DNA of 50,780 nucleotides, taken from the NCBI GenBank assembly GCA_018819305.1, contig JAHJQO010000006.1:1-50780 (forward strand), written 5' to 3'. Position numbers and translations under genes: made by a program. The notes below the pieces were generated by a model. It made no database searches. It saw only the letters and a list, made by a program, of their open reading frames with translations, and was not told the DNA's origin. How positions within the stretch are numbered: the stretch's first letter is position 1; each line of letters starts with the position of its first letter. The stretch comes from Nanobdellota archaeon (GTDB taxonomy: Archaea > Nanobdellota > Nanobdellia > Woesearchaeales > SM23-78). This document shows positions 18,838-28,292 of the stretch, in pieces.

Positions 18838-19616
18838 TTTTCCTGGCGCTCAAATTTTATCGCGCCTTTTTTCTCCTCTATAAAGTCAGTCATCTTTTCC
18901 TGGATTTCTTTAAGGATCGCTTCTGCTTTTTTATAATCCTTGGCTGTAATCAGCATTCTGTAATTGCCGCCGCCAAGATAATTAATCTGAACAGCAGAAT
19001 CTATTTTTTTTGCAACATCAAAAACATTATGAAGCACTTCTAATCCATTCTCATCATAAACCTTGATTGCAATCTTGAGAATAATCTCAACTTTTTTAGG
19101 TTTAATCTTATCTTTGATTATTTCCTCGAGAATGTCTGCAGTTTCTTTTTTCAAACCAATTTTTTCAAGAGAAGCATTGTTTTCGACAACATCTTCAAAA
19201 GCATCATGTAACCACAAGTATTCTTCTAGAATAAAAGGAGCAACTTCTTTGTAAAGTTCTTCTGGCTTTTTTTTCAGTCTTTCTGCAATCACAGCAAGAA
19301 TTTTTTCTGCTTTTTGCTCTTGCTTAATCGCATCTGTCTTGTTTCTTTTCTGAGATTCATTAACTCTTCTAAGAGACAAATCAATATGCCCTCTTTCAGA
19401 GTCAACACGGATAACTTTACACACTACTTTTTTGCCTTCAACAACAAAATCCCTGATATTTCTTATTCTTCCAGGGCTAACCTCAGAAATATGAATCAAT
19501 CCTTGCAGGTTAGGGTATTCGTCAAGCTGAACTGTGACTGCATGGTATTGTATTTTTGTAACTGTGCAGAACACAAGTTCTCCTTCCTCTGGAAATCCTT
19601 CTCTTTTAAGAAGCAT
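18834..19616 (-). CDS. eif2a: Translation initiation factor aIF-2 alpha subunit
   Basis: S1 domain PEEGELV..GLIHISEVSPGRIRNIRD..HIDLSLRRV. Confidence 0.95.
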   Translation of the reverse strand: MLLKREGFPEEGELVFCTVTKIQYHAVTVQLDEYPNLQGLIHISEVSPGRIRNIRDFVVEGKKVVCKVIRVDSERGHIDLSLRRVNESQKRNKTDAIKQEQKAEKILAVIAERLKKKPEELYKEVAPFILEEYLWLHDAFEDVVENNASLEKIGLKKETADILEEIIKDKIKPKKVEIILKIAIKVYDENGLEVLHNVFDVAKKIDSAVQINYLGGGNYRMLITAKDYKKAEAILKEIQEKMTDFIEEKKGAIKFERQEK

Positions 19617-19617
19617 C

Positions 19618-19800
19618 TTATTCTAAAACCTCAAGTACTCTGGCCTTGACTCTGGTTTTTCCGCCTGTTGGTTCAGCAAGAGTCTTGTCACAAACAAGGC
19701 ACTTGACCTTTGAAGCTGCTTTGCCAAATACAATCTGTTCATTCTTGCATTTAGGGCATCTGAGCTTAATGAACTTGCTCTCAGGTTCTTTAGTTTCCAT
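19618..19800 (-). CDS. rps27e: 30S ribosomal protein S27e
   Basis: SKFIKLRCPKCKNEQIVF..CLVCDKTLAEPTGGK zinc ribbon. Confidence 0.96.
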   Translation of the reverse strand: METKEPESKFIKLRCPKCKNEQIVFGKAASKVKCLVCDKTLAEPTGGKTRVKARVLEVLE

Positions 19801-19850
19801 CGAAAATCACCTCTGTGATTTTTGAGGGTTCAAAAATTTTAATTTTTGTT
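19801..19850. repeat. Twin-hairpin element (copy B) abutting the rps27e start codon
   Basis: CGAAAATCAC-CTCT-GTGATTTTTG, AGGGTT, CAAAAATT-TT-AATTTTTG; GTTTCCAT direct repeat at 19793-19800 and 19848-19855. Confidence 0.65.
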
Positions 19851-19924
19851 TCCATAGTATATCCCTCCAATTAATCTAATTATCATAAATGAAGTATGCT
19901 TGAGACGAAAGAATAAGTAAGGAT

Positions 19925-20854
19925 TTATAAAGGTTGTTGATGAGATTCTCTGTAAAGCGCAAAAAAATCAGATACAATTGTTTCTAATCTTAGCTTCACA
20001 TCAGCAGAATTTAGCACTTTCATTACTTCTTCATGATTTGCAGTATTAACACCATCCGCCGTTACAGTGTTTGTTATTAATGACATGCCAACACAGTTCA
20101 TTCCCCTGTTTCTGGCAACAATAACTTCTGGAGTCACAGACATACCAACAACATCAGCATGTAAACCATCTCTAAAAGCAATGCATTCTGCTTCTGTTTC
20201 ATAACTAGGCCCTACAACTGAGAGAAGAGTACCTCTATGAACATATTTTTGGTAATCAATTGCAGCTGTCCATAATAAATCACTCAGAAAAGGATCATAT
20301 GCATTATTCATTGGCTGAAATCTCTCTGTGAAATCCTCCGTGCCAACTTTGAAAAAATTGTGCTTTCTTCCCATCAAAGGATTGGGCAGGAAATTAATAT
20401 GAGATTCAATAATCATTATATCTCCAGGTTTATAATTCGGGTTAAGCCCTCCTGCTGCATGAGTTGCAAAGTAATTTTTGACTCCAAGATTAGCAAGAAC
20501 ATGCACTGGAAAAACAACTTTAAGCATGCCATTATTAAATGGTTCGTCAGCAACTTCATAATAATGCTTTCTGCCCTGCAGAGCAATAACAGAAACACCT
20601 TCAAGTGTTCCTTTGATTAGCCTGCCTTTGTGACCTTCAACACCAGTCCTAGGAAAATTAGGAATCTCTGCATAATCAACAACCTGCTGGTTTTCAATAG
20701 CATCTGCCAATCCTCCCAAGCCAGAACCAAGAACAATGCCAAATTCTGGCTCATCAAAACCAAACTTCATCTGAATAAAGTTTACAGCTTCAGCGACTTT
20801 GCTTTCATAATTGTCCCTGAAATCTTCAGCTTGTTCCATATAATCTGTAATCAT
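19925..20854 (-). CDS. Purine nucleoside phosphorylase, trimeric family 2 (PunA-like)
   Basis: GIVLGSGLG, VEGHKG, QGRKHYYE, AAGGLN, GPSYET, VVGMSVTPE, NHEEV; start uncertain (20854 or 20887). Confidence 0.92.
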   Translation of the reverse strand: MITDYMEQAEDFRDNYESKVAEAVNFIQMKFGFDEPEFGIVLGSGLGGLADAIENQQVVDYAEIPNFPRTGVEGHKGRLIKGTLEGVSVIALQGRKHYYEVADEPFNNGMLKVVFPVHVLANLGVKNYFATHAAGGLNPNYKPGDIMIIESHINFLPNPLMGRKHNFFKVGTEDFTERFQPMNNAYDPFLSDLLWTAAIDYQKYVHRGTLLSVVGPSYETEAECIAFRDGLHADVVGMSVTPEVIVARNRGMNCVGMSLITNTVTADGVNTANHEEVMKVLNSADVKLRLETIVSDFFALYRESHQQPL

Positions 20855-20932
20855 AAAACCCAGAAATAAGCCTGGATTTAAAAACATAATGAAAGAATAA
20901 GCATATAAATAGAATAAAAACCTAGAACAATC

Positions 20933-21244
20933 TCATACAAGCTCAATCTTCTTAGCCCTAATACCTTTAGCCTGAACAAATGTCTTGCTGCATTGCTTGC
21001 AAGTATATCTAAAATCTGTTTTTTTGCTCAGCTTCTTACCGCTCATCTTTGGCTTTGTAGGCTTAGAATATTTACCTAAATTACCTGCTCCTCTTCTCTG
21101 CCCTCTCTGCCTGACTCTTTTTTTAGAGCCTCTTGACAGAGGATGAGCTGCATTTCTGCCTTTTTTCTTAGCAAGAGATACTTTATGCTCTGTGTGTTTC
21201 TTACAGTGAGGGCAATGCCTCTTAACAGCCTTTTTAACTTTCAT
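20933..21244 (-). CDS. rpl44e: 50S ribosomal protein L44e (eL42)
   Basis: CPHCKKHTEHKV..KKTDFRYTCKQC..GIRAKKIEL. Confidence 0.95.
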   Translation of the reverse strand: MKVKKAVKRHCPHCKKHTEHKVSLAKKKGRNAAHPLSRGSKKRVRQRGQRRGAGNLGKYSKPTKPKMSGKKLSKKTDFRYTCKQCSKTFVQAKGIRAKKIELV

Positions 21245-21299
21245 ATTACCGTCGTAGAAAAAAGTGAGGGTTTAAAAAGGTTTTGTTATTATTTTGTTA

Positions 21300-21980
21300 T
21301 TAAGAAAGCTCAGCAGCTCCTCTATTGACGAGCAAATCAGCAATTATTGGCTCCAGTTCAACTACATCTCCTTCATTAAAAGGACCGATTACTTCGCCCT
21401 GGGTACCTACAAATTCTGGCAGAGAAGTCTTGATTTTGACTTTTTTTATCTGGTTTGTTACTTCATGAGTTGATTCTTCTTCTTTTTCCTCTTCTTCTGT
21501 TGCTTCTTCAGGCTCTGCAGACAGCTCCTGCTTGACTTCAGGCGTAGCAGCTTCTTTTTTATTGCAGTTCTCAAATTCTTTCAAATTAAGAATAGCATCC
21601 AAAACCTTGTCCTTGTATTTGACAAAAAGCTCTACTTGGTCCTGAAAAAAGTCTTTTTCAGATGGTAAAAGAGCAGAAGTATCAATAACATCAGAACCTG
21701 TCCTTGCCCTGCTTAAGGACATGCTGATTATCTTTTTTTCTCTTCTCTCATAAAGCTCTTTGATAATTCTCCTGATATTCTGGAACTGAATCTTAAGCTT
21801 TTCCCGCTCTGCACTCACAAAAAGCTCGTCTCCTTTCTTAGTAAGAGCTACTTTTTTCTCTTTAAGATAAGCAAGCACCTGCTCATAAAAGTCTTTATCA
21901 ATAGATTGCAGTTCTTCTCTGTTTTTTTCTCTTCTAAGAAGGTCAAAAAGAGTTTCATAAGTAATCTTGATATCAACCAT
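21300..21980 (-). CDS. DNA replication complex GINS family protein (Gins15-like)
   Basis: ITYETLFDLLRREK..LQSIDKDFYE..RREKKI; C-terminal B domain PEFVG..GPFNEGDVVEL..LLVNRGAA; conserved position before rpl44e. Confidence 0.88.
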   Translation of the reverse strand: MVDIKITYETLFDLLRREKNREELQSIDKDFYEQVLAYLKEKKVALTKKGDELFVSAEREKLKIQFQNIRRIIKELYERREKKIISMSLSRARTGSDVIDTSALLPSEKDFFQDQVELFVKYKDKVLDAILNLKEFENCNKKEAATPEVKQELSAEPEEATEEEEKEEESTHEVTNQIKKVKIKTSLPEFVGTQGEVIGPFNEGDVVELEPIIADLLVNRGAAELS

Positions 21981-22021
21981 ACTTTTGAAGAAGACATAAT
22001 GTGTTTATATAATTTGTTGTG

Positions 22022-22108
22022 TTTTGACATAGTCAAAATACTCAAAAACTTTGTTTTTGTTGTGCTTTAATTTTGATCAAAATACTCAAAAAGATGATTT
22101 TTGCTGTG
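22022..22108. repeat. Tandemly duplicated twin-hairpin unit (44-bp period)
   Basis: TCAAAATACTCAAAAA-N5-TTTTTGYTGTG at 22033-22064 and 22077-22108, each preceded by TTTTGA. Confidence 0.6.
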
Positions 22109-22154
22109 ACTAAACCAACATGCTTTTTAAATAAAACTGTTTTCTGCTCTACTC

Positions 22155-23366
22155 ATGGCAGTTTTAGACTTTAATGACCTGAAATTTTTCGAGGAAAAAG
22201 ATAAAGTAAAAGTAACTTTTTACAGAATCTATTATTTTTATCTCTCTAAAGATGATTTGAAAAAGATTGCTGACTTTAAAGTCACTGATCATTCTATTGA
22301 ATTTGACTGCTCTGAGAAAAAAGCTACTAATAAATTTTACCAGCTTCTGGACAAAGGCTTTCACAGTCTGATTTGCTCAATTAACAAGGTGAAAACAGTT
22401 TATATCCATAAAAACTCAGGCATTCCTTTGATAGGCGCAGGTATTTTTGGCATTGTTGACAGAAACACCAACTGCATTGATATAAGACCTTTGACAACCT
22501 GCAATCTTGATTGCATGTATTGCAGTGTTGATGCCGGCCTCAGCAGCAAAAAGCAGACTGATTATGTTATTGAAAAAGATTATTTAGTGGAGGAGATTAA
22601 CAAGCTGGCTGAAACAAAAAAGCACGATGTCGAAATCCATATCGGTCCTCAGGGCGAGCCTTTGCTTTATGCTCCTTTGGTAGATTTAGTAAATGATTTG
22701 AAAAAAAATTCTAAAATAAAAATTATCTCAATGGATACCAATGCCACTATTCTTACGAAAAAACTGGTTGATGAACTTGTAGAAGCAGGACTCGACAGAT
22801 TCAATATATCACTTAACGCTCTCGACGAGAAAAAATGCACGAAACTTGCAGGCACACATTACAATCTAAAGCATCTTCTTGAAATCATTGATTATGCAAG
22901 CAAAAAAACCAATGTTCTTATTGCTCCAGTTATAATTCCTGAACTTAATGACAATGAAATAAAAGCATTTGTAGATATGGGTAAAAAAATTAAGTCAGAC
23001 TTCCCCACCCTTGGCATCCAGAACTTTCTTAATTACAAGCACGGAAGAAATCCTGCAAAGCAAAGAACATGGGATGAATTTTTCAAAATACTTGAAACTC
23101 ATGAAAAAAAATCCGGCCTTAAATTAAAGCTTTGCAAAGAAGACTTTGGAATTAATCATGACACAAAACTTGAAAAGCCTTTCAAGAAAAAACAAGTTGT
23201 GAAGGCAAGGGTTGTGTGTGATGGACTTTTAAAAGGTGAAAAAATCGCTGTTTATAAAAACAGGTCAATTCTCGTCGATAAAGCAGAAAATGTCAGCAAT
23301 AATTCTGAAATAAGAGTTCTGATTATCAGAGACAAACATAATATCTTCAAAGGCATAAGACAATAA
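22155..23366 (+). CDS. Radical SAM protein with C-terminal TRAM-like domain
   Basis: CNLDCMYC (CxxxCxxC), GEPLLY, C-terminal beta domain ending IIRDKHNIF. Confidence 0.88.
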   Translation: MAVLDFNDLKFFEEKDKVKVTFYRIYYFYLSKDDLKKIADFKVTDHSIEFDCSEKKATNKFYQLLDKGFHSLICSINKVKTVYIHKNSGIPLIGAGIFGIVDRNTNCIDIRPLTTCNLDCMYCSVDAGLSSKKQTDYVIEKDYLVEEINKLAETKKHDVEIHIGPQGEPLLYAPLVDLVNDLKKNSKIKIISMDTNATILTKKLVDELVEAGLDRFNISLNALDEKKCTKLAGTHYNLKHLLEIIDYASKKTNVLIAPVIIPELNDNEIKAFVDMGKKIKSDFPTLGIQNFLNYKHGRNPAKQRTWDEFFKILETHEKKSGLKLKLCKEDFGINHDTKLEKPFKKKQVVKARVVCDGLLKGEKIAVYKNRSILVDKAENVSNNSEIRVLIIRDKHNIFKGIRQ

Positions 23367-23416
23367 CAGAATAAACCACAACAAAAATAAATAATAGAAT
23401 AAATAACAGCATAATC

Positions 23417-25300
23417 TTATTCTGCTTCTTTATTCCTTCCAAACAATCTTTGAAAGAAATCTGATACTCCTTCAATTAATTTTTGCAAAAATCCTTTTTC
23501 TTTTTTTAACTCAGGCTCTGGTTGCGACTCAGGTTCTGACTCAGGCTCAAGCTCAGGCTTAGGCAGTGGTTCTGGCAAAACAATTGTTATTGTTGTTGAT
23601 TTATTTGCATAATATCCTTTTTCTAAAATGTCTGCAAATGTTGTTATAATAAGTTCTTCTTTTTCATAGTTTGCAGGCACACGAATATTATATGTATATG
23701 CTTGTTTAGTGCCTGCAGCATCAAAGTAAATTGTATTGCTGGATTTTCCTCCAAATAAAACAAGATTTTCTGAATTACTATCTCTGACTTCTACCTGAAC
23801 AGCTTCAGCATTATTGTTTTTTATTTCTACTGTTACTGTCAGATTGTCTCCTGCATTAATCTCACTTTTGATAGTAGGAATAATGGTTATAGCCTCACTC
23901 ACCAGAGTTACAGTAAGAGTTTTCTTTTGAGAAAAATTAAAACTCTCATATGTATTAGTGTCATAACTTCCAGAAGCTTCAATCACATACTTTTTTGTCT
24001 CGTCGACAAATGGGGCTCTCAAGGTGTCGTTAACAAACAAAGTTCTTGTTTTACCAGGAGCCAGTTCTTCAAGCTCAATATCAAAATCTGGAAAGATCTC
24101 ACTTTTTATTTTTGCGTTAATATTATTAAAAATAACATTGCTATTTGGGTTTTTTACTGAAAAGGCAATCCTAAACTGGCTTCCTTCAGAGATGCTCTCA
24201 TCACTCAAAGTCAATATTGGCTCTAATTTAGATATTTCAGCTGTAAATTTCGATGTTTTTGTTTCTGAAAATTCTTTTTCCTCAGAATCTGTAATTTCAA
24301 CCTTGACAGGAATTTCATATTCACCTGACTTAATTGGTTTAAGCAAAAGATTCAAAAGCTTGAATTCACCATCTGCCAGCACACCAGTCCACGTGTATCT
24401 GTTGTTTTTCTTTTCCAGTTCTCCCGGCTTGGTTTGAAGTGAAAGAAAAGAAGGGATTGTGATTAAAAGTTCATTCACTGTTATATCTTCTGAAACTGTG
24501 TTTTCAATTTTGACACTTAAGGCAACCTGCTCTGTAGCTTCCACAGTATTTTTTGAGAGTGTTGTTGTTAATTCATAAGGTTTTTCAACCTTAACTGTCT
24601 TGCTAGATGTCTCAAAACCATTGCTCACACCTGCATATGTATAATTATAAGTTGCCTTATTTGTAAAATCCATATAATCTGTAACTTTAAACCTGTAAAT
24701 TATTGTTCTTTCACCACCATATGGAATGTTTTTATCATAAGAAACACCTCTTGATGTTTTTGTTGTGCCTGAAGAAGATGATAAAATAACCACGCCAGAA
24801 GGGTATTCATCTTTATAAAGAAATGAATCTGTGCCTGTGCTTCCGTCATTTGTTATAGTCACTGTCACAGTAACTTCTTCGTTTAATTCTGGTGATGTGG
24901 TTGAGAATGCTCTGTCAACATCAAGATCAGGGCCTCTTTCATTGACAAGAATATAAATACCTGCATAAGCAGTGCCCTGCTCAAATTTTATAGGATCATC
25001 TTCTGTTGCATTATACAGCTCAGTATATATATCTCCGATACAATATTGTCTTGTGCCATCATCTTTGCAGTCACCTTCATATATAACATATGTTTTATCA
25101 TTCACATCTAAAATAACTGATGTTGCGTAGAAATCATAATGAGTGACTAAAAAAACATCATCTTCAACTTTAAATGTATCGCCGGAAAAATACCAGTCAG
25201 CGTGAAGTTGCTTGGCACTGGCAGAAAAAGATAATAGAAACAGGATAAATAAAGAAATAATTAGCAACCCACCTTTTTTCATAATCGATTTCTGCTTCAT
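23417..25300 (-). CDS. Secreted multi-Ig/CARDB-like surface protein
   Basis: Signal peptide; repeated VTVTITNDG/VKIENT/VEIKNN beta motifs; PE linker and amphipathic C-terminus; downstream of S-layer gene. Confidence 0.7.
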   Translation of the reverse strand: MKQKSIMKKGGLLIISLFILFLLSFSASAKQLHADWYFSGDTFKVEDDVFLVTHYDFYATSVILDVNDKTYVIYEGDCKDDGTRQYCIGDIYTELYNATEDDPIKFEQGTAYAGIYILVNERGPDLDVDRAFSTTSPELNEEVTVTVTITNDGSTGTDSFLYKDEYPSGVVILSSSSGTTKTSRGVSYDKNIPYGGERTIIYRFKVTDYMDFTNKATYNYTYAGVSNGFETSSKTVKVEKPYELTTTLSKNTVEATEQVALSVKIENTVSEDITVNELLITIPSFLSLQTKPGELEKKNNRYTWTGVLADGEFKLLNLLLKPIKSGEYEIPVKVEITDSEEKEFSETKTSKFTAEISKLEPILTLSDESISEGSQFRIAFSVKNPNSNVIFNNINAKIKSEIFPDFDIELEELAPGKTRTLFVNDTLRAPFVDETKKYVIEASGSYDTNTYESFNFSQKKTLTVTLVSEAITIIPTIKSEINAGDNLTVTVEIKNNNAEAVQVEVRDSNSENLVLFGGKSSNTIYFDAAGTKQAYTYNIRVPANYEKEELIITTFADILEKGYYANKSTTITIVLPEPLPKPELEPESEPESQPEPELKKEKGFLQKLIEGVSDFFQRLFGRNKEAE

Positions 25301-25399
25301 TCTTATGATTTTTCTGGATTATGCTCTATATATGTTTTTCGTTTTAAGAGATGAAAAATTAAAAAGAAAAAAAAAGAAAAAAAGAAAAAATTTTTAGGT

Positions 25400-27904
25400 T
25401 TATACGACAGTGTTTACTGTTATTGTGTTTAAATCAGCCACAATAACTTCAACTTCTGTTCCAGACAAGTCGTAGTCTTCGTAGTCAGCCATTACATAAC
25501 AAGCTCCTAGAGTTTCTTGTGCTTCGTAACCTGCTACAAGTAAAGCGTTTTTAGCTGCGAACAGCTTAATAATTGCTTTTCCTGGTTCAAATCCTTCTGC
25601 ACAGTTCTCTGGGTTTCCCATAAGTTCTGCTGCTACTGTGTTTGCACATGGACCACCTACAACAATTAAGTTCTCGCTACCTAATGCTGGTGCATCGGTA
25701 TCTAGAACTGCCAATCCTACAGCGATTGGGTTTATGTTTGTTGTCATAACAGAACCATCGCCACCACCTGAAACTGCGGTGATTGATCCCATGGTTACGA
25801 ATACTTGTCCATATCTCTGCACAAGTGGGTACTCAATCATTATTTCTTCGATTGAAGACGAACTGGTTGGTGTGTACTTTTCAATTGTTGCACCATACCT
25901 TGTCATTCTGTGCTCATACTTGTCGTCATCTAACTTCTCATACATAGTTCCATTCACAGTGCCTGCCAACTGGTTTGCAGTTGTAGTGTTGGACAGAGTT
26001 ACTTTGATAACTTCTGGTCCGTCTACAGACTCGTCAAAGTTTGATGCAATTGTTGTTACAGTTACATTCATTCCTGTGTATGCGAAACCGAGTGGTTCAG
26101 TGTTGTTTGCTGTTCCTGCTGTGTAGTTGAAAGTCTGTGTTCCGAAGTCAATGATTGCTCCACCTTTTGCTACAGCTTGTACTTCTGCACTGTCAATTGC
26201 TCCAGATGCGTCAAGGTCCATGGCTAATGAGTACTTTTCAGTTGCGTCTGCTGTGCTCTCATCATATACCCAAAAGTTGTGGCTTGCTCCTGCAACAATA
26301 AGTTCACCAGTGACTACACCTGTAGTGTTGATGTATGAAACAACAATTGTTCCTCCTGCAATGTCGTCGAAGGTTACAGTGCTATCTCCTGTACTCAATG
26401 ACTTATATCTCAACACATTAACGACTGCTTTGTCATCAGTGTCACTAGCTGCTCTGTCTCTGACAATAAAGTAGTCATCGTCTGAAATCCAAGTCTCGTT
26501 AGCAAGACCTTGAGTTATGTTGACTGTGTACGGCTCTGTAAAGATAAAGTCGTCATCATTGTCTCCATAAGCCCAACCTTTATGAGCGTCGGTCTTATCA
26601 GTTACTAATGGGATTGTGTATTCATCTCCATTTAAGTTTGTAAATTTCAAATCATAGCTATGAGATGAAACTGGGTCAAACTTAATCGTTGACATACCTG
26701 GGTTTGTTAGACCTGCATAGAAAATATCCCAATTGTCTCCGAGCAATCCTTCTGGCTCTGTCAAGTAAGCTTTTAGTCCTTCACCTGCTGGTACCCAAAG
26801 TTCGTCATCAGCTGTTAACTTATATTTAATATAGTTCAGCTTGATATCTCCAGATTCGTTGGTTGCTTTTAAAATCAGGAATGCATTATCAATCCTGTTG
26901 CCGCCAACTTTTACAACACCAGCTGCATAGGTTGTATCTGCATAATCAGTGTCTTGTAATTCCACTTTGTTTGCTCCTAAGTAGAATTCAACCAAACCTT
27001 CCCTTTGGTTTGTCAGGATTTCCTGGACACCAACTGTCACATCTGAACCTAGAAGTTCTGTTCTACCTTCAGCAAGCTCTTTAGTTAGCATACCGTTGAC
27101 ACTTAGCTTTGCTTTTTGGTCTGTACTGTCGATGAATACTGCAGTTACTTCATACTCTTTGCCGTCGATAGTGTATGTTTTGGTTTCACCATCTCTTAGG
27201 GTATCTGCTACTTCTCCGCCCATAAGGTCCAGAGTTAGCTTGACACCTGAAATCTTTGCATCCACAATGGTGTAAGGTATGCCCATTATGTTCAAGACTT
27301 CACTTTCAAAGTCAAGCAAATCTACACTGCTTGTGACTTCTGAAACTGCTCCTTCTGTGAATTCCATGTGGTATTCAAAGAATATTGCATCAGATGCGAT
27401 TTTCATGAAATCTGCAGATACATCTGTGTTACTGTCTTGTTCATAAGCAATACTCAATCCAGAGTTTTCAAATTTCAGGTATTGCTTCACAGGTGTTGTG
27501 CTGCTTCCTGATGTGAAAACACCAGATGATAGTCCGTCCAAGTCAGCGTCTGTAAAAGTTGTTTTTACAGATCCTAGAGCTTCCCCAAGATATGGGATGT
27601 CAGATCCTGTCTTGAATTCGGCTGAGTCACCGGTAACTGTCGTTGTTCCTGCCACACCAGGTACTTCTACTTCGCTGGTTACTGAAGCTGCTGCTTGTAG
27701 GCTTGCAGCCAAGTCAATCGCACCTACGACGTCTGAGGTAGCTGCATTAGCTCCCACGACGATTTTACCGTCGAAAACACCGTTTGCTACGAAAGGCGCA
27801 GGATAGTTGCCCAAGTCTGCTGCTGCTCCCATGATAGTGGCACCCAACATGGTTGTTCCAGCAACAAGAGCTGCTATCTTTTTTACTGTCTTTCTTATAT
27901 CCAT
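25400..27904 (-). CDS. S-layer protein (Methanococcales/Thermococcales-type N- and C-terminal domains)
   Basis: VKKIAALVAGTTMLGAT..DLGNYPAPFV..IVVGANAATSDVVGA; C-terminal NLIVVGGPCANTVAAEL..ALLVAGY; GGAGGTG SD. Confidence 0.9.
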   Translation of the reverse strand: MDIRKTVKKIAALVAGTTMLGATIMGAAADLGNYPAPFVANGVFDGKIVVGANAATSDVVGAIDLAASLQAAASVTSEVEVPGVAGTTTVTGDSAEFKTGSDIPYLGEALGSVKTTFTDADLDGLSSGVFTSGSSTTPVKQYLKFENSGLSIAYEQDSNTDVSADFMKIASDAIFFEYHMEFTEGAVSEVTSSVDLLDFESEVLNIMGIPYTIVDAKISGVKLTLDLMGGEVADTLRDGETKTYTIDGKEYEVTAVFIDSTDQKAKLSVNGMLTKELAEGRTELLGSDVTVGVQEILTNQREGLVEFYLGANKVELQDTDYADTTYAAGVVKVGGNRIDNAFLILKATNESGDIKLNYIKYKLTADDELWVPAGEGLKAYLTEPEGLLGDNWDIFYAGLTNPGMSTIKFDPVSSHSYDLKFTNLNGDEYTIPLVTDKTDAHKGWAYGDNDDDFIFTEPYTVNITQGLANETWISDDDYFIVRDRAASDTDDKAVVNVLRYKSLSTGDSTVTFDDIAGGTIVVSYINTTGVVTGELIVAGASHNFWVYDESTADATEKYSLAMDLDASGAIDSAEVQAVAKGGAIIDFGTQTFNYTAGTANNTEPLGFAYTGMNVTVTTIASNFDESVDGPEVIKVTLSNTTTANQLAGTVNGTMYEKLDDDKYEHRMTRYGATIEKYTPTSSSSIEEIMIEYPLVQRYGQVFVTMGSITAVSGGGDGSVMTTNINPIAVGLAVLDTDAPALGSENLIVVGGPCANTVAAELMGNPENCAEGFEPGKAIIKLFAAKNALLVAGYEAQETLGACYVMADYEDYDLSGTEVEVIVADLNTITVNTVV

Positions 27905-28060
27905 TTAAACACCTCCGTGTTTAACCTTTTGTTTTAACTATGTCGTCTACACATTAATATATAGGGTTTGCGCTATATAACTGCGTTCACAGTCATATTT
28001 TAAGCCCCTATACATTCATGTATATAGTCAACTAATCGTATGCTCTTCATAGTCAACTTT

Positions 28061-28077
28061 TATTTATAAAGTTTTCG
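28061..28077 (-). promoter_or_regulatory. BRE/TATA promoter of the S-layer gene
   Basis: Minus strand CGAAAACTTTATAAATA; implies a 5' UTR of roughly 130 nt. Confidence 0.5.
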
Positions 28078-28292
28078 TAACCCCTTGTTTTCAACAGTTG
28101 CATTGGTTGCTAAATAGTCTGAAAGTTAGGAATTCAAATATATTAAGCGTTATTAATTATTAAGTGACTACATAGTTTATTTATAAATGAAAATCATGTG
28201 ATTGTATCATATTAATTAATAGATAAGATATATGTATAATAAATATTATATGCAATCAATAAAAAAATAATATGTTGTATTAATAAAAAAAC

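Noticed and set aside
28080-28290. Replication origin in an AT-rich gap
   Set aside because: No ORB-like repeats or adjacent orc1/cdc6; explained by the S-layer upstream region and the tRNA T-rich terminator
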